A stretch of DNA of 64,000 nt. Origin: a virus. Shown piece by piece: positions 1-8,964 of this stretch; position 1 is the stretch's first letter; each line of letters begins with the position of its first letter. A model generated the notes under the pieces. It saw only the letters and a program-made list of their open reading frames with translations, was not told the DNA's origin and ran no database searches. A program made the position numbers and the translations under genes. The stretch covers positions 1 to 64,000 of IMG/VR virus record IMGVR_UViG_3300020446_000004, one strand, 5' to 3'.

Positions 1-484
1 CAACACATAAGGTTAGCGGGCCAGTTTGTAATACCGCTGAGAAAGAGCATCCGTATAGGAGCACTCGTACACGTTGAGCCGCGTCCGGTAATAGGACGGC
101 AGGATTGACGCAGATTGAATGTTGCCAATCAAGAATCATTATGTTCATAAAAACCCTTAGCAAAGGAACGAAGCGAGGGATATTACGGTGTAGCGTATAT
201 TTTAAGAATATACGGTATAGCGTAAGATGTCGATGTAGGTTGGGAAAGGTCAGAGCCCATTGAACAATGCAAATACCTACTTCCAAGTCTTGGCTGTGAC
301 GGACTCACATGAAGTTCAAGATTAGATGGAACCATAAAATAGGTTCCGTCTGACTGAAACAATCTACATGAAGCAATTACAATGTTACTTCGTAACATTG
401 CTTTAATTCATATCTATTACTTCTAACAAACGAAGTGTTGTAGTTTGAGCGATAGCGAAAACTTGTTTTAACGAAGTTAAAACA
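1..484 (+). ncRNA. Candidate large structured non-coding RNA (or structured origin region), probably truncated at the window start
   Basis: No credible ORF and GC-richer than flanks. Helices seen by eye: CGTCC/GGACG, CGTATATT/AATATACG, ATGTAGGTTG(233-242)/CAATCTACAT(360-369), TGTGA/TCACA, AGATGGAACC/GGTTCCGTCT. The G-U wobbles favour a + strand RNA. Confidence 0.5.
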
Positions 485-490
485 TAAATA
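484..490 (+). promoter_or_regulatory. T4-like late promoter motif (ATAAATA)
   Basis: CATAAATA about 35 nt upstream of ORF 523. The same (A)TAAATA motif recurs ahead of most structural genes. Confidence 0.55.
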
Positions 491-522
491 CACTTGTATA
501 AATTATATTAAGGATAATTCAG

Positions 523-1836
523 ATGAAAGTTGCACAGATTGTTACAGAAGCTCCTAGGATTGAACCTGGCTTTGATATTAATAAAGCTATGTCAAGTATA
601 GATGTTGGTAAAGAACCAACAATATCATCTAAAAAATCTACAAACACTGGAACAGGACCTTTAAAAGGACAAGCTATCAAACATCGTGGCGTTGTGTACC
701 AATGGAAAGGTGCTAACTGGATTGTAACTGATAATTCTGAATGGAAACAGAAAAATCCAAGAAATAAAAAATCATTCAAAGTAGGATCTATTGCTCCTGC
801 AGATACTACTACTGTATTGAATAACAAAGCAAATGCTGTCAATGCAGGTAGGGGCGGAAAATCCAATACTTCATCAAATACTGATACAAAAACAACAACA
901 AAATCTAATCCTACTGATTCTTCTAAAATTTCTGCAACAAAGTCTGACAAAACAGATTATGAAAAGGACATGGATAAATCTAAGAAGAATAAAGTAAAAG
1001 ACTTGATTGATCCTAAAAAAGATATGGGTTTACTGAAAAAGATTTGGAAAAGCAAAGCTACATCAGTAATATTAGGAGCAGTTAAAGGATTCCTTGGTGG
1101 TTGGGCAGGAAAAATTGCTATTACGGCGTGGGACGTAAGTGGTGTTGTAGGAGCTCACAACGAATATTTTGATGTGTTACAAAAACAGTATGATGATAAA
1201 AAATCTGGTGCACCTGTAAGAACACTTATGGAAAATGGAAACAAGCTCAAATATATACGAGAAGAAAAAATTGTAAAGCCTATGGTAGAACTAACCTTTG
1301 GCTCTATTGGTATGTTCATAGCCGCTGGTGGTCTTGGAATAGCCGCTGGTGGTTTAGTAGCAGGATTTTTTACAGGTGGTATAGGATGGATTTTAACATT
1401 ACTAGCAGGTGCGGCAGCAGCCTATGGCGGATATGAAGGCGGTATAATGATAGCCAAAGAACTTGGTTGGTATGAAGCATTGTACACAAGATGGATGAAT
1501 CCTGAAAACGGATATCTTACTTCCAAGTATCTTGCACGAGAATATGAAGAGTTTGGAGATCTAACATTTTGGACTACGTTAATGGCAATTAGTAGAGTAA
1601 ATCCAGCTGTAAATCCTTTGCAAGCGCCTTTGATAGATCCTAGAGATGTAGGCGGAGTTGTAAAAGATAAAATAGATGCTATAATAAAAGAAGAAACTGT
1701 TATTTCTGCAGATTCTTCAAAAGAAAAAGTAATAGATATGCTTAAGAGCGATAAAAAACTTGCAAAATTATTCCAAAAAGGCAAACAAGAATTAAAGAAA
1801 CAAAGAAAGCAAGAAGCTAAACGAGAGGCAACCTAG
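523..1836 (+). CDS. Hypothetical virion-associated protein with Lys/Thr-rich N-half and hydrophobic glycine-zipper segment
   Basis: 437-aa ORF with AAGGA RBS and late promoter. Contains a GxxxG-rich hydrophobic stretch (FIAAGGLGIAAGGLVAGFFTGGIGWILTLLAGAAAAYGG). Confidence 0.7.
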   Translation: MKVAQIVTEAPRIEPGFDINKAMSSIDVGKEPTISSKKSTNTGTGPLKGQAIKHRGVVYQWKGANWIVTDNSEWKQKNPRNKKSFKVGSIAPADTTTVLNNKANAVNAGRGGKSNTSSNTDTKTTTKSNPTDSSKISATKSDKTDYEKDMDKSKKNKVKDLIDPKKDMGLLKKIWKSKATSVILGAVKGFLGGWAGKIAITAWDVSGVVGAHNEYFDVLQKQYDDKKSGAPVRTLMENGNKLKYIREEKIVKPMVELTFGSIGMFIAAGGLGIAAGGLVAGFFTGGIGWILTLLAGAAAAYGGYEGGIMIAKELGWYEALYTRWMNPENGYLTSKYLAREYEEFGDLTFWTTLMAISRVNPAVNPLQAPLIDPRDVGGVVKDKIDAIIKEETVISADSSKEKVIDMLKSDKKLAKLFQKGKQELKKQRKQEAKREAT

Positions 1837-2050
1837 TTTTTTCAGTTGTTTCAATATTATCTTTGATAATTTTGTTTAATATTTCCAAATCATCTACACT
1901 AATTTTATACATGAGATCATGATAACTAAATGCTCCTCGCATGTACCATCCTAGTCTATATCTGCTGTCTTTGATTTGTTTTATTTCTAATTCGTAGTTT
2001 TTTCCTAGAGCTACGATATCAGATTCCTCGAGTGGAGAAACTTGGTTCCG
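1817..2050 (-). CDS. Unannotated ORF in the -1 frame of the gp26-like gene (frameshift extension; gp51-like / gpGT-like segment)
   Basis: Manual translation: RNQVSPLEESDIVALGKNYELEIKQIKDSRYRLGWYMRGAFSYHDLMYKISVDDLEILNKIIKDNIETTEKTRLPLV*. It is open from the slippery site and has no ATG until 1942. Confidence 0.65.
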   Translation of the reverse strand, partial: RNQVSPLEESDIVALGKNYELEIKQIKDSRYRLGWYMRGAFSYHDLMYKISVDDLEILNKIIKDNIETTEKTRLPLV

Positions 2051-2877
2051 AAAAAATTTGCGTAATCCACATCTAAAGCTGCCCTATATTCTTTGCCACA
2101 GTCTTCTGCCCCACAAACTGCGTCTAATGCTGGTAGATTCCATTTCAGCACTAGTTCCTGTATTTTTTTCTTTAGTTGATCAAAAAATTCTACGTCATTG
2201 CTTTTTACAAATTCTGTAATTGCATTCAAATCAGTTTCTTTTTGATCTCCTCGTGTAACTTCACTGATATATGAAATAGCAAGACGTATGTTAATATCTG
2301 CTCCTGTGTTGTAACAACCTTGTGATTGTTTGTTTTTGTCGTCGTCTGATAAATTTGGATCTCTAGCTATCTGTAATAGTGTTCTTTCATTTGTAAAATT
2401 TTCAATACTAAAATCAGTTTGACTTCTATAAGTTATAGGTGATAAATGAAAAGTGAATCCGTTGAGTTCAAATGAAAAATCAGTTGTATAATTTGTAAAA
2501 TTATCTAACACTCTAGTTAGTTGAACTTGATGTTCGTGTGATGCTGAACAATGTGGACACATTGTTGTTGTGTCCATAGATTCGCCATATGTCGCTATTC
2601 TAATAGCAATAAGCACGTAATCTATATCATATCCTACTAATTGCCACGGGTCTTTTATTGTTGGAATACAACTTTTTATCACTTCTGCTGTTGCATCTCC
2701 GGAAAACAAAGCATCAGGAGTTTTGAAAAGTATTTCGTCCATTGCGTTCATACCAAACACTGGTATTTGCACAAATTGATTACCTTCTATAATAGACTCG
2801 TCATACCATTTGCCTTTACTAGGCAAGTCAATAAAAAGTTTTGGTTGTCTTTGGTATTCTTGAAGAAAACTAGTCAT
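2011..2877 (-). CDS. T4 gp26-like baseplate hub assembly / tail assembly chaperone protein
   Basis: RQPKLFIDLPSKG N-terminus, D..Y.L.AIRIATYG motif, CPHC and CxxxxC Zn-ribbon motifs, near-terminal NFF. Divergent from the tape-measure-like gene. Confidence 0.7.
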   Translation of the reverse strand: MTSFLQEYQRQPKLFIDLPSKGKWYDESIIEGNQFVQIPVFGMNAMDEILFKTPDALFSGDATAEVIKSCIPTIKDPWQLVGYDIDYVLIAIRIATYGESMDTTTMCPHCSASHEHQVQLTRVLDNFTNYTTDFSFELNGFTFHLSPITYRSQTDFSIENFTNERTLLQIARDPNLSDDDKNKQSQGCYNTGADINIRLAISYISEVTRGDQKETDLNAITEFVKSNDVEFFDQLKKKIQELVLKWNLPALDAVCGAEDCGKEYRAALDVDYANFFGTKFLHSRNLIS

Positions 2878-2939
2878 ATAATTCCTTAGCTAAATACATA
2901 TACTATATTTATGGATACTAGTTATCTAGGGTTATAATA

Positions 2940-5036
2940 ATGACTGAAGAAGAACTCAAAGACTTACGAATTGCTATAGCAGAAGGCGTCACTGCAGGCG
3001 TCAAAACGGGCATAGCTCAGGCTGAAAAAGCCAGAACTGATCCGAGCACACAAGGTGGATTTAGTGGTGTAAAAGGAAAAACTAATTTTGACGGATTCTT
3101 TTCTTCTACACAACAAGCGGCACACCAAACAGATAAATTTGGCAGGATGATAAACGAAGCAGGTGGTAGTTTATCTGCAAACATGGGTGATCTTGCCAAA
3201 AGGTTCAAAGACGTACCTATAATTGAAACATTAGCTGGTGCATCTAGTAGTGTAGTTAGTTTTATAGAAGAAACAAACGATACCTTTCAAAAATTATCAA
3301 AAGTTGGTGCAGGATTAGAAGGTAGACTGTCAGAATTACGTATTGGTGCCGCTGATACCAGGATGCCACTAGGAACTTTTGCAAATATGATAGGTAGTAA
3401 TGCTGAACTATTAGCAGGTTTTCAAGGCGGTGTTACAGGTGGTGTAAAAGTTTTTAGAAATTTAAGCAAAGCTATGATGGAAGGCGATACAATTAATCAA
3501 TTCCAAAATCTAGGCTTTACACTAGAAGAATCAAATGAATTTATCCTTAAAAACTTAGAAGTACAAAGACGTCAAGCAAGATTTAGAAATAGAGACGGTA
3601 GTTTAAGCGAAACGGCAATGCTAGAAGCTAGTTTGCGTATGGCTAAAAGTTTAGATGTAATGGCAAAGGTTGCAGGCAAACAACTAGACCAAATGCAGGA
3701 TGAAATAATCAATAGGCAAAGAGTTGGAGCAACAGATGCTAAACTACGTCTATTAGAACAGCAAGGTATAATAGGTGCAAGAGATGCCTATGACAGAGCA
3801 AACGAATCTCTTGCTGGTGCACCTAAAGTAACAAGAGATTTATTAGCAGAACTTGTGCAAACAGGAGCACCTATGTCTGCGGCTACTAAACAATTTGCGG
3901 CTTTGAATGGAGAAGCATATGACGCTTTGCGTAAACAAGCAAACGCTATTAAGAGTGGTGACACAGAAGCAGCCGCTAAATTAGGTCAACAAGCTACAGC
4001 GGCTACAGTTAAGTCAGTAAGTAGCACACAAAATCTCACAGTGGCAACACTAGCAGGAGTTAGTGAAATAGCTCAGAATCAAGCAAACGTATTGGAAGAA
4101 ACAAGTCCATTAATTGACCAAATACAAAACACAGCAAAACGAACCGGTGTAGCTTTGCAAACAACTGAAGATTATGTAAAAGTCTTCAATAGAATATTAG
4201 AAGAAGCGGCAACAAGGACAGATACCCAGGCTGCAGGTGCAGGGCAAGATCAAGAGTTAAGTGTAACTGTAAACGAAATACAAAAAGGTCTAGCCAACAC
4301 TGCTTCTGAGTTGAATAAATTTATTGGTCAGCAAATAAGAGGACAGACAGAAATAGCAAATATGTTAGATGGTGCGGCAAAGGAAATTACTAGAGGACTA
4401 GATTTAACAACACAATTTTTTAAAGGTATTAATAATGATCCGGCTAATCCAGCTAACTTGCCGCCAGAACAAGTAAACAGCTTACAAGCAGAAATAGACA
4501 GCGGTTCCGCAACTGCTGAAAGATTAGCTGAAATAGGGCGTATAGTAGATGGAATGGGCTATATGATTGATGATGAAATGCAAATTGTCAAAAAAGCAAG
4601 ACTGTTAGGTGGTATGGTAAACAAAGGCAAGGTATACACAATAGGCGAGCAAGGACCAGAAACATTTGTACCAGGCATGGATGGCGCAATTATACCTAAC
4701 ATGAAGAGCATGCTTAATAAAATGCCAGATCTAGCAAAACAAATGAGCAATAACTTTAGTCCTGCTAACATGCGGAATATGATGAAAGCACAACCAGATA
4801 TGTCTAAAACATTGCAAGATGAGATAGCTATGCTAGGTGCTCCAGTGTCAGAAGCGGCTAGAACTGCGGCTGTAAACATGCAAAATAGCCAATCTGTAGA
4901 AGAAAAACTTGACATCCTGAACCAAAGTGTGTTACAATTAGTTGGTATAAATAACATGCAGGCACAAATTGGTAACAAACAAATTAAAACTATGCGAAGT
5001 ACCGGTAATTTCATGCAGGGGATAGGTAGAGTATAA
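2940..5036 (+). CDS. Tape measure-like tail protein
   Basis: 698-aa Ala/Gln-rich helical protein with the GG.V..G..Y.IGE.GPE.FVP motif typical of tape-measure C-terminal regions. Confidence 0.65.
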   Translation: MTEEELKDLRIAIAEGVTAGVKTGIAQAEKARTDPSTQGGFSGVKGKTNFDGFFSSTQQAAHQTDKFGRMINEAGGSLSANMGDLAKRFKDVPIIETLAGASSSVVSFIEETNDTFQKLSKVGAGLEGRLSELRIGAADTRMPLGTFANMIGSNAELLAGFQGGVTGGVKVFRNLSKAMMEGDTINQFQNLGFTLEESNEFILKNLEVQRRQARFRNRDGSLSETAMLEASLRMAKSLDVMAKVAGKQLDQMQDEIINRQRVGATDAKLRLLEQQGIIGARDAYDRANESLAGAPKVTRDLLAELVQTGAPMSAATKQFAALNGEAYDALRKQANAIKSGDTEAAAKLGQQATAATVKSVSSTQNLTVATLAGVSEIAQNQANVLEETSPLIDQIQNTAKRTGVALQTTEDYVKVFNRILEEAATRTDTQAAGAGQDQELSVTVNEIQKGLANTASELNKFIGQQIRGQTEIANMLDGAAKEITRGLDLTTQFFKGINNDPANPANLPPEQVNSLQAEIDSGSATAERLAEIGRIVDGMGYMIDDEMQIVKKARLLGGMVNKGKVYTIGEQGPETFVPGMDGAIIPNMKSMLNKMPDLAKQMSNNFSPANMRNMMKAQPDMSKTLQDEIAMLGAPVSEAARTAAVNMQNSQSVEEKLDILNQSVLQLVGINNMQAQIGNKQIKTMRSTGNFMQGIGRV

Positions 5037-6803
5037 ATGAGTTGGAAAAAATATTTCACTCCGGTGCAAACTGGAGATAACATAGCTGGAAGCTATTCAC
5101 CTATCAGCGGACAAGGATCAAACGGGCGTCCAGGACCAGCAAGGTCTAATTATTCATCTTATTTGCCTGATGTTTATGTTGGATCACCCAATAGAGTAGA
5201 ACGTTACGGACAATACAATACAATGGATAATGATAGTGAGGTAAATGCCGCACTAGATATCCTTGCAGAATTTTGCACACAAAAAAATGACGAGAACGGT
5301 ACAAATTTTACTTTTCAATATAACAAACATGCGACGAACAATGAAATTAAAATTCTTGGTGAATATTTAAAACAATGGTGTAAAATTAATAATTTTGAAA
5401 CACGTATGTTTAGAACATTTCGTAATGTATTCAAATACGGCGATGCAATATTTTTGAGAGATCCAGAAACAAAAAAATTATTTCATGTAGATCCTGCAAA
5501 ACTTACACGTATTATTGTTAACGAATCAGAAGGTAAAAGACCAGAACAATATATTATCAAAGAAGTAAATTTAAATTTTAAAGAAATGGTAGCTACGACT
5601 CCTCATATTACACAAGGTGCTATGGGAACACCAGGTGCAAGTTTACCAGGCGCAAGTTATCAAACTGGTGGTGCTAGAGGAATGGTAGGCGGAGTTAATG
5701 TACCGCCTGGATCAAGATTTACTATTGAAGAAGGCGAAACTGCAATTGATGCAGAACATGTAGTTCATTTAAGTTTATCAGAAGGGTTGGACAATAACTA
5801 TCCATTTGGTAATTCATTACTAGAAACTATTTTTAAAGTATTCAAGCAAAAAGAATTATTAGAAGACGCAATTATTATTTACAGAGTGCAAAGAGCACCT
5901 GAACGTAGAGTATTCTACGTTGATGTGGGTAACATGCCATCACACCTTGCTATGCAATTTGTGGAACGTGTTAAAACGGAAATACACCAAAGACGTATCC
6001 CATCGGCGACAGGCGGAGGCACAAATGTTATAGACAGTTCTTACAATCCGTTGTCAATCAACGAAGACTACTTCTTTCCGCAAACAGCTGAAGGACGTGG
6101 ATCTAAAGTTGAAACACTACCCGGCGGTACTAACTTAGGTGAAATAGACGACCTACGTTATTTTACAAACAAACTTGTGAGAGGTTTGCGTATTCCAAGT
6201 TCTTATTTGCCTACAGGAGCAGATGATGCAACATCTTCCTACAATGACGGTAGAGTAGGCACAGCGTTTATCCAAGAATTAAGGTTTAACAAATATTGTG
6301 AGCGTTTACAAGGATTAATAATTGAAGAATTCAATCAAGAATTTAAGCGTTATCTTTTAGAAAAAGGTGTTAACATTGACACTGCAATGTTTGATATTAC
6401 TTTTGAACCACCACAAAACTTTGCGGCTTATAGACAATCAGAATTAGATAATGCAAGAGTTCCAACATTTACACAAATGAGTGCAATACCTTATGTGTCT
6501 AATAGATTTGCAATGAAACGTTTCTTAGGCATGAGTCCTGAAGAGATAGCAGAAAACGAAAGATTATGGCGTGAAGAAAATGATGAGAATCTGGATACGC
6601 CACCACAAGATGCAAGTGCTGAAATGAGAGGTGCAGGTATTAGTTCTGCAGGTATTAGTGCTGACATTGAAGGTGCAGAAGATATTGCACCAGGGGATGC
6701 AGGTGCAGAGATAGGACAAGAAGCTACTCCACCTGACACTGTTACAGGTGGCGGAGCAACAGCTCCAGGCGCACCAGCGGCAACAACTGATCAAACGATA
6801 TAA
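5037..6803 (+). CDS. gp20: Portal vertex protein (T4 gp20-like)
   Basis: LLEDAIIIYRVQRAPERRVFYVDVGNMP, EDYFFP, GSKVETLPGGTNLGEIDDLRYF motifs. Confidence 0.95.
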   Translation: MSWKKYFTPVQTGDNIAGSYSPISGQGSNGRPGPARSNYSSYLPDVYVGSPNRVERYGQYNTMDNDSEVNAALDILAEFCTQKNDENGTNFTFQYNKHATNNEIKILGEYLKQWCKINNFETRMFRTFRNVFKYGDAIFLRDPETKKLFHVDPAKLTRIIVNESEGKRPEQYIIKEVNLNFKEMVATTPHITQGAMGTPGASLPGASYQTGGARGMVGGVNVPPGSRFTIEEGETAIDAEHVVHLSLSEGLDNNYPFGNSLLETIFKVFKQKELLEDAIIIYRVQRAPERRVFYVDVGNMPSHLAMQFVERVKTEIHQRRIPSATGGGTNVIDSSYNPLSINEDYFFPQTAEGRGSKVETLPGGTNLGEIDDLRYFTNKLVRGLRIPSSYLPTGADDATSSYNDGRVGTAFIQELRFNKYCERLQGLIIEEFNQEFKRYLLEKGVNIDTAMFDITFEPPQNFAAYRQSELDNARVPTFTQMSAIPYVSNRFAMKRFLGMSPEEIAENERLWREENDENLDTPPQDASAEMRGAGISSAGISADIEGAEDIAPGDAGAEIGQEATPPDTVTGGGATAPGAPAATTDQTI

Positions 6804-6811
6804 ATACTACT

Positions 6812-7060
6812 ATGATACTGAGAGAAATATTTTATTACGATAAAGAAACTGTAGAACCGATCGAAGACGATCGTTATGAACCTCAGTATGATGATTCTAT
6901 AGTTGATTTAGATGATACAAGAAAAACTAGATTAACACTACGCCAAATCAACCGTGCAAGGAAAGCAAGCGAGCTACATACTACTGAAAAGTCTGAAGAG
7001 TTAGACTTTGTAAGAGCAATGTATGGAATAGCGGCGCAAGCGGCCGCTGCCGGTGTTTAA
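6812..7060 (+). CDS. Small head-module protein (hypothetical)
   Basis: 82-aa ORF directly after portal, with TATAAATA late promoter at about 6799-6806 and a DTRKTRLTL.QINR.R motif. Confidence 0.7.
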   Translation: MILREIFYYDKETVEPIEDDRYEPQYDDSIVDLDDTRKTRLTLRQINRARKASELHTTEKSEELDFVRAMYGIAAQAAAAGV

Positions 7061-7818
7061 TGCCCAAGTTAGATAAGACGCAATATTCAAAAGAAGAAGC
7101 AGCTCGTTTAATGGAAATTAGACGTTTAGAAAAAGTATCTCGTCAAAAAAAAGAAATATTTGCTAAAAGAACAAAACCTATAAGTTTTATAGAAGAAGAA
7201 CCTATTGACATTGAAAGATTTAGACATAATCAAAAGTTTGCATTTGTGTTAGGAAATGGTGTAAGCAGAGGATTTGTTGAGCCGCAAGACTTAAAAATAT
7301 ACGGTCCTATATACGGATGTAATGCTTTATATAGAACTTTTAGACCAGATTATTTGGTTGCAGTAGATGTTAAAATGGTTCTTGAAATAAACAAATCAGG
7401 TTATCAAAATAAAAATCAAGTCTGGACAAATCCTAATAATTCATATAGAGGCATACAACATTTAAACTTTTTCCAACCTAGCAAAGGATGGAGTAGTGGT
7501 CCAACTGCTTTATGGTTGTCTGCTCAACATAGACATAATCAAATCTATATTTTAGGTTTTGATTACAGGGGTTTAAATGATGGACAACGTTTTAATAATT
7601 TATATGCAGATACACCTAATTATAAACGTTCACAAGACGGTGCTACATTCTTCGGAAATTGGCTTAGACAAACAGTTTCTGTAGTAAAAGAGCATCCAGA
7701 AACACAATTTTATCGTGTTATAGCACCAGATAATTACTGTCCTGACGAACTAAATACTCTTGAAAACTACAACACTATTAGTATAAAAGAGTTTAAAACA
7801 CGGTTTGTTTTACCGTAA
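7060..7818 (+). CDS. DUF115/Maf (sialyltransferase-like fold) putative glycosyltransferase
   Basis: FVLGNG.SR, YGCNALYR, PDYLVAVD, WSSGPTA and IYILGFD motifs characteristic of the DUF115/MAF/CstII-like Rossmann fold. Confidence 0.6.
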   Translation: MPKLDKTQYSKEEAARLMEIRRLEKVSRQKKEIFAKRTKPISFIEEEPIDIERFRHNQKFAFVLGNGVSRGFVEPQDLKIYGPIYGCNALYRTFRPDYLVAVDVKMVLEINKSGYQNKNQVWTNPNNSYRGIQHLNFFQPSKGWSSGPTALWLSAQHRHNQIYILGFDYRGLNDGQRFNNLYADTPNYKRSQDGATFFGNWLRQTVSVVKEHPETQFYRVIAPDNYCPDELNTLENYNTISIKEFKTRFVLP

Positions 7819-7825
7819 TTAATCA

Positions 7826-7849
7826 AAACGGCTCGTTTTGAGCCTGTTT
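7826..7849 (+). terminator. Possible terminator hairpin
   Basis: AAACGGCTC-GTTTT-GAGCC(T)GTTT immediately after the stop at 7818. Confidence 0.35.
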
Positions 7850-7924
7850 CTACGCATATTTCCCAATAAATAGTAAATACAATGACAGCCTTACCATAGG
7901 TAAAATTATTTATAGGAGAAAAAA

Positions 7925-8944
7925 ATGGCAGATCGCAATAAATTTGAAGAAATGCTTGAGAAACTTGTCAACGAAGACAAGGCAGGAGCAGAAGAACTAT
8001 TTCATGAAATAGTTGTAGAAAAATCAAGAGACATATATGAAGGATTACTTGAAGCTGATCTAGAAGTAGATGAAGCTGATGACGAAGAGACAAAAGAATC
8101 TTCTAACGATGAAGAAGTCGATGAAGCATCAAAGGACGAAGAAGTAGATGAGTCCGATGAAGAAGAAGTTGATGAAGCATCAAAAGATGATGACGAAGAC
8201 GTTAAAGAAGATTTTGATCTTGACGAATTTGAAGTAGAAGGTGACCCAGCAGACGACATGATGGATAAGATGGGAATGGACGACGACGGTGAAGGCGACA
8301 TGGACATGGATATGGACATGGACGGCGACAGCGATGACGAAGATTTAGAAGACCGTGTTGACGATCTTGAAACTGCGTTGGATGACCTTAAAGCAGAATT
8401 TGACAAAATGATGGGCGACGAAGAAGGCGGCGACGAAGAAGGCGACATGGACATGGATATGGATATGGACATGGGCGACGAAGGCGAAGCTGAAGACGAG
8501 TCCGTTGCATTAGAATCTAAGGATGACGAAGAAGTAGATGAAGCGTCAGACGAAGAAGTTGACGAATCAGATGACGAAGAAACTGATGAATCAACAAAAT
8601 CAGAAGCAGAACAAATGCGTGAATATGTTGAAAAAGTAGCAGGCGGTGGACTTGATGCACAAAAAATTGGCGGCGACAATGGCGCTAATACAAAAAGTCC
8701 AGTAGCAAGCAAAAACGACATGGGCGGTGATGCTTCAAACTTGGTAGCAGGTGGCGAAGCTGACACAGGCGGAACATCAGGCGGATTAGCAGGTAATACA
8801 CCAAAAGTGGACGACCATAAAAATGTTAACAAGCCAGGTGGTAAAGCAGGTAAGTCAATGAGCAACATGCCAAAAGGCCATGGCGCAGAGAAAAAAGGCG
8901 CAGGCGACACAGCAGCCAATAAGAAACCTGTAATTGGCGGTTAA
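7925..8944 (+). CDS. Highly acidic prohead core / internal scaffolding protein
   Basis: Extreme Asp/Glu content, EEVDE and DMDMDM repeats, position between portal and protease, AGGAGA RBS and ATAAATA upstream. Confidence 0.75.
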   Translation: MADRNKFEEMLEKLVNEDKAGAEELFHEIVVEKSRDIYEGLLEADLEVDEADDEETKESSNDEEVDEASKDEEVDESDEEEVDEASKDDDEDVKEDFDLDEFEVEGDPADDMMDKMGMDDDGEGDMDMDMDMDGDSDDEDLEDRVDDLETALDDLKAEFDKMMGDEEGGDEEGDMDMDMDMDMGDEGEAEDESVALESKDDEEVDEASDEEVDESDDEETDESTKSEAEQMREYVEKVAGGGLDAQKIGGDNGANTKSPVASKNDMGGDASNLVAGGEADTGGTSGGLAGNTPKVDDHKNVNKPGGKAGKSMSNMPKGHGAEKKGAGDTAANKKPVIGG

Positions 8945-8964
8945 ATTAAGTTAGGAAGTTTTGT

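Noticed and set aside
183-398. 71-aa minus-strand ORF
   Set aside because: Overlaps the helix-rich non-coding element, has atypical composition and no RBS.
8050-8600. CRISPR-like or tandem DNA repeat array
   Set aside because: Repeats are imperfect, in-frame codon repeats of an acidic protein, with no constant repeat-spacer periodicity.
8002-8919. 305-aa Ser-rich minus-strand ORF
   Set aside because: Antisense shadow of the GAY/GAR-rich acidic core gene; no RBS or independent signal.
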